Shown in pieces: positions 62,343 to 64,000 of a stretch of DNA of 64,000 bases (positions are counted from its first letter, which is position 1; every line of letters begins with the position of its first letter). The position numbers and the translations under genes were made by a program. Below the pieces are notes generated by a model. It was given only the letters and a program-made list of their open reading frames with translations. It was not told the origin of the DNA and searched no databases. The DNA is from Antedon mediterranea (lineage: Eukaryota; Animalia; Echinodermata): positions 14,666,948 to 14,730,947 of the forward strand of contig NC_092673.1 in NCBI RefSeq assembly GCF_964355755.1. Direction: 5' to 3'.

Positions 62343-63710
62343 ATGGCAGGAGGACTACAAAAAAAACGAGCGAAACGTTGCAGAAAAACGAACGAAGCGA
62401 CGAAGATCGATCGTTGCCGTTTGTTTGAACTGCCAACCGAATTGCTGCTGCACATTTTCTCGTTCTTGGACAACACGTCGAAGTTACAGTTCGCCGATTC
62501 GAGTCCCTTCCTGGAGAAACTGTCGGGCGACTTGGAAATCGCCGCCACCGAGGCGACCGTCGAATTGTGCACACGTGAACGTGGTGGTGCGGCGGACGAG
62601 TTTTCTATCTACCGACCCGGAAACGTGAAGATGTGCGTTCACCGAAAGTTCAAACCGTTTCTCGAACTGCCTCAGATCTCGCTGCAGTTTCACTTGGCCA
62701 ACCTTGTGCTGAAGAACGTGCATTTTAGAAAGGGGACATTGCGTCGCATCTTGGAAGGGATTGTTGTTAACTTAGAGTATTTGGAATTGGACTCGTGCAC
62801 CGGCGACGTTTTCCACCCTTCCCCCGAACAACTCGTCCCGGAAGACGGCATACGATATTCGTCGATACATTTGAAAAACATGAACGTGCACTTGGACGAC
62901 GTTCTTGAAACCCTGCTTCCGGATGAGCGTGTCACCCAATACACCTTCTACGTGGTACTGACCGACTGCAAAGTGACGGAGAAAGATCACGAACAGAACG
63001 GTGTGCTGTTTATTACGTACGACGGACGCAGCCACCCGTCCGATGTCGGTCGTTACTTCAACCTTACCGCGGTCTCGTCCGTGTGGAAAGAAACCGAGCG
63101 GTTGAAGGTTCGCCCCTACAAAGCGGGAGGAAGAGACACGGTGTGCATGCACCGTGTCAACTTGATCAGTTTTCAGGCGGCCGTAGACCATTTCGCCGAA
63201 TCCTCGAACGAAACCTCCCTAGAACTTTCGTTCGACAGCTGCCTTGAGGAACGATTCGGCATGCTCGTGGGTATGCGGTTGGTGTGCTGGGAATCTTTGA
63301 CGACGTTGTTTCTGATATATTCGGTGGCGGAGGAAGACTTTCTTGGCGTTGTCATGTCGCACCACACGAACATAAACTCGATAACGTAAAAAAGTTCCTG
63401 CGGCGATCCTTTCGGCGAGGTGGACACGCATCCCAACACGGCACTGAGGCAATTGAACCTGATCGATATGGTCGTCGACGAGGCCGGCATGGTCAAATTC
63501 ATGACACCGTTCGTCGACGTCGTCAGGTTAAATTTAGAAATGTGCGTGTTCGACGAACGTCTTTTCGCAAAACTATTGCACGAGGCATCCGGCTATGGTT
63601 GGTTCGACTGCGAGTACGTCCGCGAGCCAGGCATGTTGGAACCCGTTGAGATGTTTCTTGAAACGGTCAAAGAAACCGATTTATTATGCAAAAAAATTAA
63701 AATAAAATGA
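62343..63710 (+). CDS. F-box protein with LRR-like region; in-frame TAA at 63387-63389
   Basis: LFELPTELLLHIFSFLD F-box; NLEYLELDSC-type repeats; ORF 63420-63710 continues in the same frame. Confidence 0.8.
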
Positions 63711-63874
63711 AAAACATATGTTTATAATGAATATTATTACGAGAAATGTAATCGGACCAAAAAAAAAAAAGAAATATAAAATAAAAACAAAATATTCTGT
63801 AATCAGTGATATTTATTCAAGAAAACAATTAATAAAAGAAAAAAGAAAAACCAAATGCATTCTATAAATTTTTG

Positions 63875-64000
63875 TCAATCATGATGACTTTGAAATATTA
63901 CAAATGTCTTCGTTTCATCGTCTTTGTCAGCTTCTTCACTCTTCTTTAGAAGGAACCTTTCGGAAATTCGAATGTCGTCCGGAATGTTAGATGGTGTGAA
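63875..64000 (-). CDS. 3' end of a further island gene, truncated by the window
   Basis: Open 41-codon frame FTPSNIPDDIRISERFLLKK...HHD* ending at an AT-rich convergent spacer. Confidence 0.45.
   Translation of the reverse strand, partial: FTPSNIPDDIRISERFLLKKSEEADKDDETKTFVIFQSHHD

Larger units (their letters stand above)
47150..64000. mobile_element. Putative endogenous large DNA virus / giant self-replicating element (partial, runs off the window)
   Basis: Abrupt shift to GC/CpG-rich, densely packed intronless ORFs with short A/T-tract spacers; PolB, two kinases, IAP, F-box, orphan ORFs. Confidence 0.75.

Noticed and set aside
48213-63649. Many long overlapping or antisense ORFs in the island (e.g. 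48421-49323, 48651-49577, 51384-52412, 55186-56112, 59037-59894, 60594-61703)
   Set aside because: Shadow frames expected in GC-rich coding DNA; Arg/Val/Ser-rich with no motifs, and they overlap better-supported genes
47150-64000. Bacterial contamination or HGT
   Set aside because: BIR/RING IAP, F-box, AATAAA signals, microsatellites and eukaryote-type PolB motifs are not bacterial; a misjoin with a eukaryotic virus still needs read-level exclusion
47150-64000. Naming the island as a herpesvirus, nimavirus or NCLDV
   Set aside because: No hallmark structural or packaging gene is recognisable in this window; IAPs and kinases are shared by many families

Overview
Repeat-rich, AT-rich animal (invertebrate-like) nuclear DNA. 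1-47.1 kb is a nest of mobile elements and Pol III genes: a hAT remnant with a nested Helitron, a nearly intact CsRn1-type Ty3/Gypsy LTR element, about 52 tandem tRNA-Ala genes in ~214-bp units (AGC, TGC and CGC anticodons mixed) that have been hit repeatedly by Helitron, Helentron/HINE, L2/CR1-type and Tx1-type elements, four degenerate tRNA-Val genes, an otopetrin-like pseudogene, and RTE, L2 and Academ-like fragments. From ~47.15 kb to the window end the sequence switches abruptly to a GC/CpG-rich, gene-dense, almost intronless island. It encodes a compact family-B DNA polymerase with Pol-alpha-like motifs, a kinase/pseudokinase pair, a 4-BIR/UBA/RING IAP, an F-box protein and several orphan ORFs, with ATGA stop/start overlaps and a few fresh nonsense/indel lesions. 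The best reading is a recently endogenised large DNA virus or self-replicating giant mobile element that continues past the window; no capsid, packaging or integrase gene is visible here, so its family is not established.
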